DNA of 64,000 bases, taken from assembly GCA_040901965.1 (NCBI GenBank), contig JBBDYB010000004.1, positions 4,495 through 68,494 on the forward strand, read 5' to 3'. The notes below the pieces were generated by a model. It had not been told where the DNA came from, did no database searches, and saw nothing but the letters and a program-made list of their open reading frames with translations. Shown here in pieces: positions 1-9,508 of this stretch. This stretch comes from Gemmatimonadales bacterium (lineage in GTDB: Bacteria > Gemmatimonadota > Gemmatimonadetes > Gemmatimonadales > GWC2-71-9). The translations under genes were made by a program, and so were the position numbers. Position 1 is the stretch's first letter, and every line of letters starts with the position of its first letter.

Positions 1-414
1 CCCGGGCACCGCCGTATTGCTGACGAACGGCGGCGGGATGGGCGGAACGACGCGCAGGTAGCACGAGGTCGCGGTGCTCGGCGGGAAGCCGGGAGGCGTC
101 AGCCGCGTCTGCGTGAACACGTTGGTGAACGGCGGCCGGCACCCCGGCCGCTTCATCAGCGGCACGAAGAACGGGGAATGCATGGCGCGCGCGAGCAGCA
201 CGGTATAGGACTGTAGCTGTGTGCTGTCGAGGATCCCGTCCGACTGGAATCCCGCGGTGATCGAGTTCCCTATCGAGACGTAGCGCTCGAACAGGGGATC
301 CACCGGTATGTTCGAGAACGGCCGGTTCACCGTGTCGTTCTCGCAGGCCCCCCCCAACGCGGCCAGCAGGAGGCCGAGGGCGGCGGCCGGGAAACGTGTG
401 GTCGTCCAAATCAT
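1..414 (-). CDS. SGNH/GDSL-family hydrolase lipoprotein, N-terminal part (gene runs off left edge)
   Basis: Own translation of the minus strand from ATG at 414 gives MIWTTTRFPAAALGLLLAALGGACEND..., with lipobox LGGAC, then ...YVSIGNSITAGFQSDG, which resembles SGNH block I. GC3 is high. It is absent from the ORF track because there is no stop in the window. It lies 13 nt downstream of the FadL-like gene on the same strand. Confidence 0.55.
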   Translation of the reverse strand, partial: MIWTTTRFPAAALGLLLAALGGACENDTVNRPFSNIPVDPLFERYVSIGNSITAGFQSDGILDSTQLQSYTVLLARAMHSPFFVPLMKRPGCRPPFTNVFTQTRLTPPGFPPSTATSCYLRVVPPIPPPFVSNTAVPG

Positions 415-427
415 GGGTCGCTGTCCC

Positions 428-1774
428 TCAGAAGGTGTACGCCGCCCCGATCCCGAACAGATGGGCCGAGAACTGGTAGAGACCGGTGTTGCCGCCGCTA
501 GTGTTCACCAGGCCGCGCCGGTCGTTCTGTCGGATGTACTGGTAGCCGAGGTCCGCGTGCAGCTGGGGCGTCAGCTCGATGCCGGCGCCGATCGTGAACT
601 CGTTGCGCGCGCCCTCGGGGAGCAACGGCGTCACGAACTCGGCCGGCGACGCCGCGCTGTGGTACAGGTAGCCGCCGCGCAGCTGGATCTTGGGCGAGTA
701 GCGGTACTCCGTGCCGAAGCGGAATCCGTGGGTGTCGCTGTTGTTCGGGTGCAGCGTCAAATCGGGGGTGGCGGGATTCGCGAAGTCAATCTGGACCTCG
801 CTGAACCAGCCCCACACGACGTAATGGTAGTCGGCCATCACGGTCCACGCGTCGGTGGCGCGATAGGCGAACCCGAGCGTGCCCTGCGGCGGCATGATGA
901 GCGACGTCTTGACGCCGCCGTCCGCCAGCGAGCCCCCGGGTCCGAAGTTCGCCGCGACCAAGGCGTCTACGAGTGTCCCGGCGGGCAGGCCCAGCGGATT
1001 GTCGGCGGGGAGCGTGAGGCCCGTGGAGATCTGCGTGAAGTCCACCGTGCCGTCGTAGTCAATCTGCTTGCGCGTCAGCCAGTGGCCGCCGATCGAGACC
1101 CGGTCGGACAGCTGGACCATCCCCCCGAAATTCACCGCGAAGCCGCTCCCCGTCGCGTGCAGCGATGCATCGGCGAAGTCCGTCCCGGTCGGGATGCCGA
1201 GCGCCGCGAACGTGAACGTCTGACCGGGTACGAGCTGGGTGGAGAAGTCGGCGCGCTGGTGCAGCGCCAGGCGGCTGGTGATATAGGCGACGCCGACGCC
1301 GAGCTTGAGCTTGGGACTCACTTGGTAGCCGACGGTCGGTTGGATGTAGATCGAGCGCACGTCGGTGTTGTAGCCGACGAACCGGCCCTCGAAGTCCTCC
1401 GTGGGCCATTTCGTCTCGAGGCCGTACGGCGCATACACGCCGATGCCCGCCGTGAGCGCGGGCGTGAGGGCGTGCGTGAAGTAAGCGGCGGGGACGGGAA
1501 TGAGGGGGTTTTCGAGATCGGTGCGGCGCCCGAGGAAGTCGTCGGTGAAACTGCCCTGCGCGCCGATCAGCGTGACGCCGGCGGTGAAGCGATTTCCCCC
1601 CAGCCCGCCCAGTCCCGCGGGATTGAAGAAGATGGCCGAGCCATCCGCGCACGGACTCGCCGCCGCCACGCCCGCGCGACCCATCGCGCAGGTGTTCTGC
1701 TCGTAGACGCCAAACCCTTGGGCGGCGACGAGCGAAGGAGCTCCGGCGAGAAGCAGCACCGCAAACCGCCGCAT
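428..1774 (-). CDS. Outer membrane transport protein, OMPP1/FadL/TodX family
   Basis: 448 aa ORF with signal peptide MRRFAVLLLAGAPSLVAAQG. FadL-like N-terminal segment ...ADGSAIFFNPAGL..., an alternating Gly/aromatic beta-strand pattern and a C-terminal ...GAAYTF with terminal Phe. Confidence 0.75.
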   Translation of the reverse strand: MRRFAVLLLAGAPSLVAAQGFGVYEQNTCAMGRAGVAAASPCADGSAIFFNPAGLGGLGGNRFTAGVTLIGAQGSFTDDFLGRRTDLENPLIPVPAAYFTHALTPALTAGIGVYAPYGLETKWPTEDFEGRFVGYNTDVRSIYIQPTVGYQVSPKLKLGVGVAYITSRLALHQRADFSTQLVPGQTFTFAALGIPTGTDFADASLHATGSGFAVNFGGMVQLSDRVSIGGHWLTRKQIDYDGTVDFTQISTGLTLPADNPLGLPAGTLVDALVAANFGPGGSLADGGVKTSLIMPPQGTLGFAYRATDAWTVMADYHYVVWGWFSEVQIDFANPATPDLTLHPNNSDTHGFRFGTEYRYSPKIQLRGGYLYHSAASPAEFVTPLLPEGARNEFTIGAGIELTPQLHADLGYQYIRQNDRRGLVNTSGGNTGLYQFSAHLFGIGAAYTF

Positions 1775-1855
1775 ACGCGTTCTCCGAGGGACGAATGGGG
1801 TAATGGTCTATCTGGCCGCGATACGCTACCATTGCGCCGAATCCTTGTCAAACCG

Positions 1856-2995
1856 ATGCCACGACCCGCGATAGCTCTTTTTCACGCAGCCTTTGGGACC
1901 GCGCCGCGGGCCGCTGCGTCGGCGCCGGGTCGCGTCAACTTGATCGGCGACCACAGTGACTATAACGGCGGGCCGGTGCTGCCGATTGCCATCGCGCCGC
2001 GCGCGACGGTGGCCGTCGGGCCCGGCGAGCCCGGTGTCCTCGAAGCGGTGTCGACGCGGTACGGCAAAATCGTCCGCATTCGCTGGCAGGAAGAGTTGCC
2101 GAAAGGTTGGGCCGCGTACGTCGCGGGCGTGATGCGGGAGCTGTGGGCGCTGGAATCCGCGCCACCGGGAGGCGGCGTGCGTGTGGCCGTGGCGTCGGAG
2201 GTGCCGGTGGGGGCGGGCCTGGCGTCGTCAGCGGCGCTGGCCGTCGCCGCCGCCAAGGCGCTGGGCGCACTGGCCGGCGCAAAGCTCACCGGCCGCCAGC
2301 TCGCGGGCGTCGCGTTCCGCGCCGAGCACGATCACGTCGGCGTGCCCTGCGGTGTGATGGATCAGACGATCGCGGCGCTGGCCAAAAAGGATCATGCGCT
2401 GTTGCTCGAGTGCGCTTCACTCGAGACGCGACAGATCCCCTTCGACGCACGACTGCTGCTCGTGGATACGGGCACGCGCCATCCTCTTCTCGGGAGTGCG
2501 CTCAACGAGCGGCGCGCCGAGTGTGAGGCGGCGGTGAAGCGGCTCAAGGTCGAGCTGCCCGAGATCGTGTGGCTCGCGAGCTGGCCCGCGGAGTGGCTGC
2601 CGCGGCTCAAGCGGGCGTTGCGGGAGCCGGTGCGTTCGCGCGCGGTGCACGTCGTGAGCGAGACGGCGCGCGCCCGCTTTGGCGCTCAACTCCTGGAGCG
2701 GGGCCGGCTCAAACAGTTCGGGCGGCTGCTGTACGAGTCGCACGAATCCTGCCGCCGGCTGTACGCGTGCAGCTCGCCGGAGCTGGACACGATCGTCGCC
2801 GCCGCGCAGCGGGCCGGCGCCATGGGCGCGCGGCTCACGGGGGCAGGGTGGGGCGGTTCCGCGATCGTACTATTAAAGAAGAGGGACACGCACACCGTGA
2901 CCGCGATTCAGCGCGCGTACGAGAACGCGCACGGCAAGCAGCCGACCATTACCGAAGCCCATGCTTCGGCCGGCGTCAAACTCGAGCACGCCTGA
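1856..2995 (+). CDS. galK: Galactokinase
   Basis: In-frame ATG at 1856 inside track ORF 308..2995. Galactokinase signature GRVNLIGDHSDYNGG and GHMP kinase loop PVGAGLASSAAL. The upstream part of the track ORF is an antisense shadow of the FadL-like gene. Confidence 0.85.
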   Translation: MPRPAIALFHAAFGTAPRAAASAPGRVNLIGDHSDYNGGPVLPIAIAPRATVAVGPGEPGVLEAVSTRYGKIVRIRWQEELPKGWAAYVAGVMRELWALESAPPGGGVRVAVASEVPVGAGLASSAALAVAAAKALGALAGAKLTGRQLAGVAFRAEHDHVGVPCGVMDQTIAALAKKDHALLLECASLETRQIPFDARLLLVDTGTRHPLLGSALNERRAECEAAVKRLKVELPEIVWLASWPAEWLPRLKRALREPVRSRAVHVVSETARARFGAQLLERGRLKQFGRLLYESHESCRRLYACSSPELDTIVAAAQRAGAMGARLTGAGWGGSAIVLLKKRDTHTVTAIQRAYENAHGKQPTITEAHASAGVKLEHA

Positions 2996-3024
2996 CCCGT
3001 CAGCGCAGCGCGCGGTGCGTCCAG

Positions 3025-3306
3025 CTACCGCGGCGACCGCCACTCGCAGCTCACGAGGTCGCCCACCTGCGTGGTGGTCCAAGCGCGGGCATCCACGACG
3101 CACAGACGCTCGTAGCTGAAGAACACGTACGACAAGCCTAGCCCATCGTGCGGTCGCCGATACGGCGCGGGGAGCGCTCCGGAGCCGTAGGCCGCCAGTG
3201 CGGTGACGCGCTGAGGTACCTGCATGGCGGCAAAGGCAGGGTCGAGGCGGTGGCCGGCGGCGCACCCAAACAGTGCGAAGGCGGCGAGGATCGAGACTAC
3301 GCGCAT
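3025..3306 (-). CDS. Small hypothetical lipoprotein (93 aa)
   Basis: Internal ATG (residue 62 of track ORF 3025..3489) gives MRVVSILAAFALFGCAAG with a lipobox. The longer ORF would run through the tRNA gene, so it was shortened. Confidence 0.45.
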   Translation of the reverse strand: MRVVSILAAFALFGCAAGHRLDPAFAAMQVPQRVTALAAYGSGALPAPYRRPHDGLGLSYVFFSYERLCVVDARAWTTTQVGDLVSCEWRSPR

Positions 3307-3394
3307 ACAAGACTCAAAGCCTGAAGGGTACGGCTCGGCAATTCGCAGGAAGCGTGCCACCTGCATTACCTTCCAGAGCCTCGAGGTTGTCCCA

Positions 3395-3480
3395 GCCCGG
3401 GTGGCGAAACTGGTAGACGCAAGGGACTTAAAATCCCTTGGGAGGCGACTCCCATGCAGGTTCGAGTCCTGCTCCGGGCA
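3395..3480 (+). tRNA. tRNA-Leu, anticodon UAA, class II with long variable arm, no encoded CCA
   Basis: Hand-folded cloverleaf. Acceptor GCCCGGG/TCCGGGC, anticodon stem AGGGA/TCCCT with loop CTTAAAA, long variable arm GGGAGGCGACTCCC, T arm GCAGG-TTCGAGT-CCTGC. Confidence 0.9.
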
Positions 3481-3583
3481 TCGGGCCACACGCTAGGAAT
3501 TAAGTCTCATGGGATTAAGCCTCTTGCCGAAGGCCGGTTCTTGCAGCAACATGGGGCAGCCACCCCTTCCTGGAGGCACGCAT

Positions 3584-6500
3584 ATGAACCGCACAACCAT
3601 CGTGTGGTCTACTCTCTCAGTCGCACTCGCGCTGAGTCTCGCCGCTCCACCCGCCGCTGCGCAGGGAACCGCCAGCGTGACGGGCCGGGTGGTGGACTCG
3701 ATCACGGCGCAACCCGTTGCCGGCGCGCGCGTCACCATGCTCGGTTCCACGGCCGGCGCACTCACCGATCGCGAGGGGCGGTACCTGCTGCAGGGCCTGG
3801 CGCCCGGAACCGTCACGCTGCGCGCGCAGCGCATCGGGTTCGCAGCGCGAGACCGGCAAGTGACGCTGACGGAAGGCGAGACTGCGACGGCGGACTTCGT
3901 CCTTCGGGCCGCCGCCACGGTGTTGTCGGACGTCGTGGTCACCGGGTACGGCAGCGACACGCGGGCTAATCTCAGCACGTCGGTGTCGTCGGTCAGCGCC
4001 GCGGAGATTCAGAGCACGCCGCTGGCCGGCGTGGACGGCGCGATCCAAGGCAGGGCCGCCGGCGTGCAGGTCGTCCAGAACGCCGGCAACCCCGGCGTGG
4101 GCATGACCGTGCGTATCCGCGGATCCGCGTCCATCTCGGCCTCGAACCAGCCGCTGTACGTGATCGACGGCATCCCGATGCTGCGCGATGACTTCTCACA
4201 GCTCGGCGTGGGCGGTCAGGACCTGACGGCCGTGACCGGCATCAACCCCGACGAGATTGAGACGGTCGACATCCTCAAGGACGCGGCGGCGGCGGCCATC
4301 TACGGCTCCCGCGGCTCGAACGGCGTCGTCATGATCACGACCAAGCGGGGCCGGGTGGGGACCACCCGCTTCACATTCAACGCCTACACAGGCTCGCAGG
4401 GTGTCCCGACGGGCAATCGCTGGGACCTGATGAACGCCAACGAGTACATCACGTACATGAATGAAGCGGCGTCCAACGACGCATACGGGCCGTTCTATTT
4501 CGGCGATCCCGACACCATCGGCGTCGGCACGGATTGGCAGTCGGCCGTCTTCCGCAGCACGCCGGTCACAAACGTCACCGTCGGCATCACGGGCGGCAGC
4601 GACCGCGTGCAGTACTACGTCTCGGGGTCGCGGTTCCTCCAGAACGGCGTAGTGATCGGCTCCGGATACCATCGCGAGGCGGGACGGGTCAATGTCGATC
4701 TCACGGCCTCCGAGAAGCTCCGGTTCCGCAGCTCGCTCTCGATCGCGCGCGAGCAGCACGACCGCATCGAGAACGACAACAGCATCGCGGGAGTCGTGAC
4801 CAACGCGATCGCCAACCAGCCGTGGATGAGCCTGCGGCGTTCCGATGGCAGCTTCACCACGACGGACGATGGGCTCGAGTACGAGAATCCGCTCGCCATC
4901 GCGAGCTACGACATCACCCAGTCGCGCGGCCTGCGCGCGCTCGGCAGCCTCGAGGCGAACTACACGCTGAGGCCGGATGTGACGCTCAACGGCCGCTTCG
5001 GCATGGACATCTTGAACCTCCGCGATCTGCGCTGGTACTCGCCGAACGTCGGCGGCTCGTACGGCGAGAGCGTGGGAGGCGAATCCATCATCGGCAACAA
5101 CACCCCCACGCGGTATGTGGTGGAGGGGTTCGCCGACTTCCATCCCCGCATTGGGCCGACCGCGTCGCTCTCGGTGACCGGCGGCGCCAGCGCGGAGTGG
5201 AATTCCTCGGAGCTCGACTACCTGGATGGCATCGGCTTCGCCGGCGATCAGTTCCAGTATCCGGGGAACGCGGCGACCGTCGTGGCCTACGACGGCGACT
5301 GGACGGGGCACAACCTGGTGTCGTTCTTCACGCGCGCCAACGCCACGTTCCGCGATCGCTATCTCGTCACGGCCAGCCTGCGCGCCGACGGTTCGTCCCG
5401 GTTCGGTAGCAACAACCGCTGGGGCACCTTCCCGGCGATGTCGGTCGGTTGGAAAGTCACCGAGGAGCCGTTCGCGCGGAGCTTGGCGCGCCGGGGCGAC
5501 CTGAAGCTGCGCGGCAGCTACGGCGTCACCGGCAACCAGGACCTGAACGACAACTTCGCCCCGCTGTCGCGGTTCGCGCGGGCCAACTACGCCGACGTGG
5601 CCGGGTTTGCGCAGAACAGCTTCGGCAACCCGGACCTCCAGTGGGAGCGGACCCGCGAGTACAACGTCGGCTTCGACCTCACGATCTTCGGCGGCCGCGC
5701 CACCATCATCGGCGACTGGTACAAGAAGATCACCGACAACCTGCTCTTGAACCGCCCGATCACCTCCACGAGCGGCCTGACCAGCGCAACGGAGAACATC
5801 GGCAGCTCGCAGAACCGCGGCTTAGAGCTCACGCTCAATGCGATTCCGCTGCAACCCTCGAGTCCCGAGGGCCTGCGGTGGTCAACGGACTTCAACATCT
5901 CGTGGAACCGCAACGAGGTGACCAAGCTGTTCCAGAACGAGCCCTTCAGCGTCGGCCTGTACAGCACCAGCCGCGTGGAGGTGGGGCAGCCGCTGTCGGC
6001 CTTCTACACGCTGCGCTTCCTGGGCGTCGATCCGGCGACCGGCGATGCCATCTTCGACGACATCAACGCCGACGGCTCGATCGACGCGGCCGACCGCGTC
6101 TTCATCGGCAGCCCGCATCCCAAGTTTTGGGGCGGCCTGACGAACACGCTCTCGTGGAAGAATTTCGACCTGCGGTCGTTCGTGCAGTTCACGCAGGGTC
6201 ACATGATCTTCAACGCGATCGGCGTGTTCGCGAATGACGGCGGGTACTACCACGACAACAAGTTTCGGCGGCTGCTCGACCGCTGGCAGAACCCCGGCGA
6301 CGTGACGAACGAGCCGCGGGCCAGCTACGACGGCACGTCCGGCGCCGACCTGATCTCCAGCCGCCACTTCGAGGACGGCTCCTACGTCCGGCTGCAGGAC
6401 GTCACGCTCAGCTATCGGCTGCCGCCGCAGTGGGCGGCGGCGCTGCGCATGGCCGACTCGCGGCTGTACGTGTCCGGGCGCAACCTGCACACCTGGACGC

Positions 6501-6625
6501 AGTACTCCGGCTACTCGCCGGACGTAAACAGCAACGGGTCGAACTCGAACACGGCGCTATCGACGGAGTTCTATGCCTATCCGCTCGCCCGCACGATCAT
6601 GGTCGGCATCAGCGGCGCATTCTGA
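3584..6625 (+). CDS. SusC/RagA-family TonB-linked outer membrane receptor
   Basis: ATG at 3584 is preceded by GGAGG. Signal peptide, then a carboxypeptidase-regulatory-like domain (VTGRVVDSITAQPVAGARVTM) and a plug motif NQPLYVIDGIPM. About 1000 aa beta-barrel ending ...GISGAF. Followed directly by a SusD-like gene. Confidence 0.9.
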   Translation: MNRTTIVWSTLSVALALSLAAPPAAAQGTASVTGRVVDSITAQPVAGARVTMLGSTAGALTDREGRYLLQGLAPGTVTLRAQRIGFAARDRQVTLTEGETATADFVLRAAATVLSDVVVTGYGSDTRANLSTSVSSVSAAEIQSTPLAGVDGAIQGRAAGVQVVQNAGNPGVGMTVRIRGSASISASNQPLYVIDGIPMLRDDFSQLGVGGQDLTAVTGINPDEIETVDILKDAAAAAIYGSRGSNGVVMITTKRGRVGTTRFTFNAYTGSQGVPTGNRWDLMNANEYITYMNEAASNDAYGPFYFGDPDTIGVGTDWQSAVFRSTPVTNVTVGITGGSDRVQYYVSGSRFLQNGVVIGSGYHREAGRVNVDLTASEKLRFRSSLSIAREQHDRIENDNSIAGVVTNAIANQPWMSLRRSDGSFTTTDDGLEYENPLAIASYDITQSRGLRALGSLEANYTLRPDVTLNGRFGMDILNLRDLRWYSPNVGGSYGESVGGESIIGNNTPTRYVVEGFADFHPRIGPTASLSVTGGASAEWNSSELDYLDGIGFAGDQFQYPGNAATVVAYDGDWTGHNLVSFFTRANATFRDRYLVTASLRADGSSRFGSNNRWGTFPAMSVGWKVTEEPFARSLARRGDLKLRGSYGVTGNQDLNDNFAPLSRFARANYADVAGFAQNSFGNPDLQWERTREYNVGFDLTIFGGRATIIGDWYKKITDNLLLNRPITSTSGLTSATENIGSSQNRGLELTLNAIPLQPSSPEGLRWSTDFNISWNRNEVTKLFQNEPFSVGLYSTSRVEVGQPLSAFYTLRFLGVDPATGDAIFDDINADGSIDAADRVFIGSPHPKFWGGLTNTLSWKNFDLRSFVQFTQGHMIFNAIGVFANDGGYYHDNKFRRLLDRWQNPGDVTNEPRASYDGTSGADLISSRHFEDGSYVRLQDVTLSYRLPPQWAAALRMADSRLYVSGRNLHTWTQYSGYSPDVNSNGSNSNTALSTEFYAYPLARTIMVGISGAF

Positions 6626-6644
6626 CCTCAGCATGGGAGCTCTT

Positions 6645-8066
6645 ATGAAATTCAAGACTCTTCTCCCGGCGCTGCTGGTCGTCCTGGCCGCCGGTTGTGA
6701 TTCGATCCTGGATGTGAGGCCAATTAACGAAGTGGACGAGGGGACGGCGATTACCACCGCGGCGGGCGCGCGCGCGGCGCTCGCGGGGCTGTACGATGGG
6801 CTGCAGAGCACGGGGTACTACGGCGGTACGTTCACCTTCTTCGGTGATCTGTCCGCCGAGGACGTGGAGCATACCGGCACGTTTACGACGTACCGGCAGG
6901 CCGACCTCAACGCTCTGACGGCCGACAACACCACGATCGAAGGGTTCTGGGACGCGTTGTACCGCGCGGTGGGGCGGGCCAACATCATCCTCGCCCGCGT
7001 GCCCACCGTTCCCGGCCTGGCGGCCGCGGAACGCGACCAGATGCTGGCCGAGGCGCGCTTCGCCAGGGCACTCACGTTCCACAATCTCGTGAAGCTGTGG
7101 GGTGAGCAGGCGCCGGTCGGCATGGGCGTCCCGATTCCGTTGGTGCCACCCACGGACATCCCGACGGCGTCGCAGATCACCCGGTCCACGACCGGGCAGG
7201 TGTACACGCAGATCCTCGCCGATTTGGCCGCGGCGGAATCGTTGATGACGCTGTCCGGTGGCGGGTCCACGACGCACCGGGCCACCATCGGTGCGGTTCG
7301 GGCGGTCCGGGCGCGCGTGTTCCTCTACCAGGCGAACTACGCGGCCGCCGAAGCCGAAGCCGAAGCGGTCGCCGCCATGGGCTACACCCTGGCTCAAAAT
7401 TACGCCCATCTGTTCACGCAGGACGGCCAGGCCACGCCCGAGGACATCTTCGTCCTCGAGTTCATTCCGGTGGACTTCCAGCTGCTCGGCTTCTTCTACC
7501 GTGCCAAGGGCGTCCCCGGCGGGCGTCGGGAAATCGGCCCCACCGCTACTCTGCTCAGGCAGTACGACCCGGCCTACGCGGGCACACCGGCATCGTACAA
7601 CCCGGTGGACCTGCGTGGCCAGCACAACATCGCGTTTACTGACACTATCGCTCCGTTCTTTGTCTATGGTTCCAAGTGGCCCACCGGCATCGGCGCCGAG
7701 GACGTGCATGTGATTCGCTTCGCCGAGGTGCTGCTCATCAAGTCCGAAGCCGAGGCGCGCCAGGGCAAGTTGGCCGAAGCGGATACGGGCGTGAACCTGG
7801 TTCGTGCCCGCGCCGGGTTGCCACCTGTTAATTCCATAGCGCTCGGTCAGGCGGCGGCCATCGATTCGATCTTGCAACAGCGCCGGCTCGAGCTCGTGTT
7901 CGAGGGCGATCGCTGGCCGGATCTGGTACGGACCGGGAAAGCCGCCGCGTACCTCGCGGCCTTCGTTCCGCCCCTTCCGCCCCGCGCCGCGTTCCAAGTG
8001 CTGTATCCCATCCCGCTGAACGAGCTGGACGTCGCGCCGGGGCTGGTGCAAAACACGGGTTACTGA
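6645..8066 (+). CDS. SusD/RagB-family nutrient-binding outer membrane lipoprotein
   Basis: Lipoprotein signal MKFKTLLPALLVVLAAGC. About 470 aa helical protein placed immediately after the SusC-like gene. Alternative start at 6633. Confidence 0.8.
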   Translation: MKFKTLLPALLVVLAAGCDSILDVRPINEVDEGTAITTAAGARAALAGLYDGLQSTGYYGGTFTFFGDLSAEDVEHTGTFTTYRQADLNALTADNTTIEGFWDALYRAVGRANIILARVPTVPGLAAAERDQMLAEARFARALTFHNLVKLWGEQAPVGMGVPIPLVPPTDIPTASQITRSTTGQVYTQILADLAAAESLMTLSGGGSTTHRATIGAVRAVRARVFLYQANYAAAEAEAEAVAAMGYTLAQNYAHLFTQDGQATPEDIFVLEFIPVDFQLLGFFYRAKGVPGGRREIGPTATLLRQYDPAYAGTPASYNPVDLRGQHNIAFTDTIAPFFVYGSKWPTGIGAEDVHVIRFAEVLLIKSEAEARQGKLAEADTGVNLVRARAGLPPVNSIALGQAAAIDSILQQRRLELVFEGDRWPDLVRTGKAAAYLAAFVPPLPPRAAFQVLYPIPLNELDVAPGLVQNTGY

Positions 8067-8088
8067 CGTTGCGGTAGGGGTGCCAAAC

Positions 8089-8124
8089 GAGAAGGGGAAG
8101 CCTCGCGCGAGTCTTCCCCTTCTG
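8089..8124 (+). terminator. Hairpin after the SusD-like gene
   Basis: GAAGGGGAAG (8091-8100) pairs with CTTCCCCTTC (8113-8122). The loop contains the palindrome CTCGCGCGAG. The U-tract is weak. Confidence 0.5.
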
Positions 8125-8212
8125 TCATTCCCCTGACGTTTGCCGTGCAACCTTTCGCGCCATTGCTGCGTCTTACCCTCTGAAGCTTGCCACTACGTCC
8201 TCTGCTGGAGGG

Positions 8213-8431
8213 ATGCACATGCGCGGCCTGACGCTAGTCATCGCGACGATCCTGACCTTCGGATACGGCTTCGCCGCCCAAGCCGCCATCACCGCCGACA
8301 TCCGCCGCGTGGCGGGCGTCTCCGCGACCACCGTCCCAACCGCGGACGCGACCCGCGTCTGGTACGGTGGCATGCTGGCCCCCGTGACCGTCGAAGTCTC
8401 GGCGGAGCCGGGGGTGTGCGGCGAAACTTGA
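8213..8431 (+). CDS. Small secreted hypothetical protein (72 aa)
   Basis: GGAGGG lies upstream of the ATG. Signal-peptide-like MHMRGLTLVIATILTFGYGFAAQA. GC3 is strong along the ORF. No family recognised. Confidence 0.4.
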   Translation: MHMRGLTLVIATILTFGYGFAAQAAITADIRRVAGVSATTVPTADATRVWYGGMLAPVTVEVSAEPGVCGET

Positions 8432-8458
8432 CAGGCAGGGGGTCCGTAGCGTCTCCTA

Positions 8459-9508
8459 ATGGATATGCCACTCGCGCAACCCACCCCCATTAGACGATTC
8501 TGGCGCACCTGGCGCCGCGAGCTCATTCGCGGCGGCGTGTTGTTCTGCTTGGTGCTCGGCGCCGGCCTCTTCATTCGCAACGTCAAGAACCACGTGCCCA
8601 CGCCCTGGGGCGTCCTCGGCTCGTTCGGCGATTTCGACTGGGGCGACGGCGAGGGCGGCAACCTCTTCGGCCACAACCGCGAAGTCGGCGATGCGTGGGA
8701 ATTCCGCTCGACCGTAAAGCCCTCGCAGCACGTGTGGATCCGCAACACCAATGGACCGATCGAAGTCGTCGCCGGGAGCGGCGACACGCTCGAGGTGCAC
8801 GCGGAGAAAAGCTGGCGGCGGTCGAGCCCCGGCAGCGTCGAGCTCGTGGCGGTCCCCACCGAGCGGGGCGTCACGATCTGCGCCATGTGGGAAGCGCGCG
8901 ATCGCCGCTGCGGCGATGGCGGCGACTATCGCCTGAACGGCGTCCGCAAGAACGACGTCGCCGTGCGCATCACGGTGCGGCTGCCGCGCGGCGTGCCGAT
9001 CGAGCTCTCGACCGTGAATGGGCCGCTCGAGATCGACGGCGTCAGCGCGCCGGTCGAAGCGACGACGGTGAACGGCCGCGTCCTCGTCACCACCGCCGTC
9101 GGGCCCGTCAAAGCGACGACGGTCAACGGCAGCATCGAAGCGGTGATGGACGAGGTCACCGGGGGCGACGTCGAGCTCACCACCGTGAACGGTTCCGTCA
9201 CCGCCGCGTTGCCGCCCAAGCTCAACGCCACGATCGATGCCGCAACGGTGAATGGGCGGGTCGAGACCGACTTCCCCGTGAAGATCACCGGCAAGATCAG
9301 CACGCGGCACCTGCGCGGCACGATCGGCACCGGCATCGGCGGCCCGACGCTCAAGCTCAACACCGTGAACGGGTCGATCACCCTCCGTGAATCCCACGGG
9401 CAGACGATGCGCCTCATGAGGGCCCCCCCACCCGTCACCCCCCGGCCGCCGCGCCCCGCGCCCGCCCAGCGAGCTACACAGGTCGCCCCGACACCCCCGC
9501 CCGATTAG
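8459..9508 (+). CDS. DUF4097-like beta-strand repeat protein with N-terminal TM anchor
   Basis: TM segment GGVLFCLVLGAGLF, followed by repeated TVNG(P/R/S)(L/V/I) strands (TVNGPLEI, TVNGRVLV, TVNGSIEA, TVNGSVTA, TVNGRVET, TVNGSITL). Confidence 0.7.
   Translation: MDMPLAQPTPIRRFWRTWRRELIRGGVLFCLVLGAGLFIRNVKNHVPTPWGVLGSFGDFDWGDGEGGNLFGHNREVGDAWEFRSTVKPSQHVWIRNTNGPIEVVAGSGDTLEVHAEKSWRRSSPGSVELVAVPTERGVTICAMWEARDRRCGDGGDYRLNGVRKNDVAVRITVRLPRGVPIELSTVNGPLEIDGVSAPVEATTVNGRVLVTTAVGPVKATTVNGSIEAVMDEVTGGDVELTTVNGSVTAALPPKLNATIDAATVNGRVETDFPVKITGKISTRHLRGTIGTGIGGPTLKLNTVNGSITLRESHGQTMRLMRAPPPVTPRPPRPAPAQRATQVAPTPPPD

Noticed and set aside
308-1855. N-terminal 515 residues of the 895-aa plus-strand ORF 308..2995.
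   Set aside because: It is an Arg/Ala/Gly-rich antisense shadow of the FadL-like gene, as is typical in high-GC DNA. Recognisable galactokinase sequence begins only at the ATG at 1856.
3307-3489. Upstream extension of ORF 3025..3489 (minus strand).
   Set aside because: It would be translated through the tRNA-Leu gene. The internal ATG at 3306 gives a proper lipoprotein signal instead.
7341-7370. GCCGAA hexamer triplet in the SusD-like gene (AAEAEAEAVAA).
   Set aside because: It is a period-6, in-frame Ala/Glu low-complexity run in a helical protein, unrelated to the heptamer families.
3395-8066. tRNA-Leu as an integration site for the downstream SusC/SusD pair.
   Set aside because: I found no repeat of the tRNA 3' end downstream by eye, there is no integrase, and the composition resembles the flanks.
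9474-9508. 35-nt convergent overlap of the DoxX and DUF4097 genes as a regulatory antisense feature.
   Set aside because: Short 3' overlaps are common in compact high-GC genomes. There is no structure or motif to support more.
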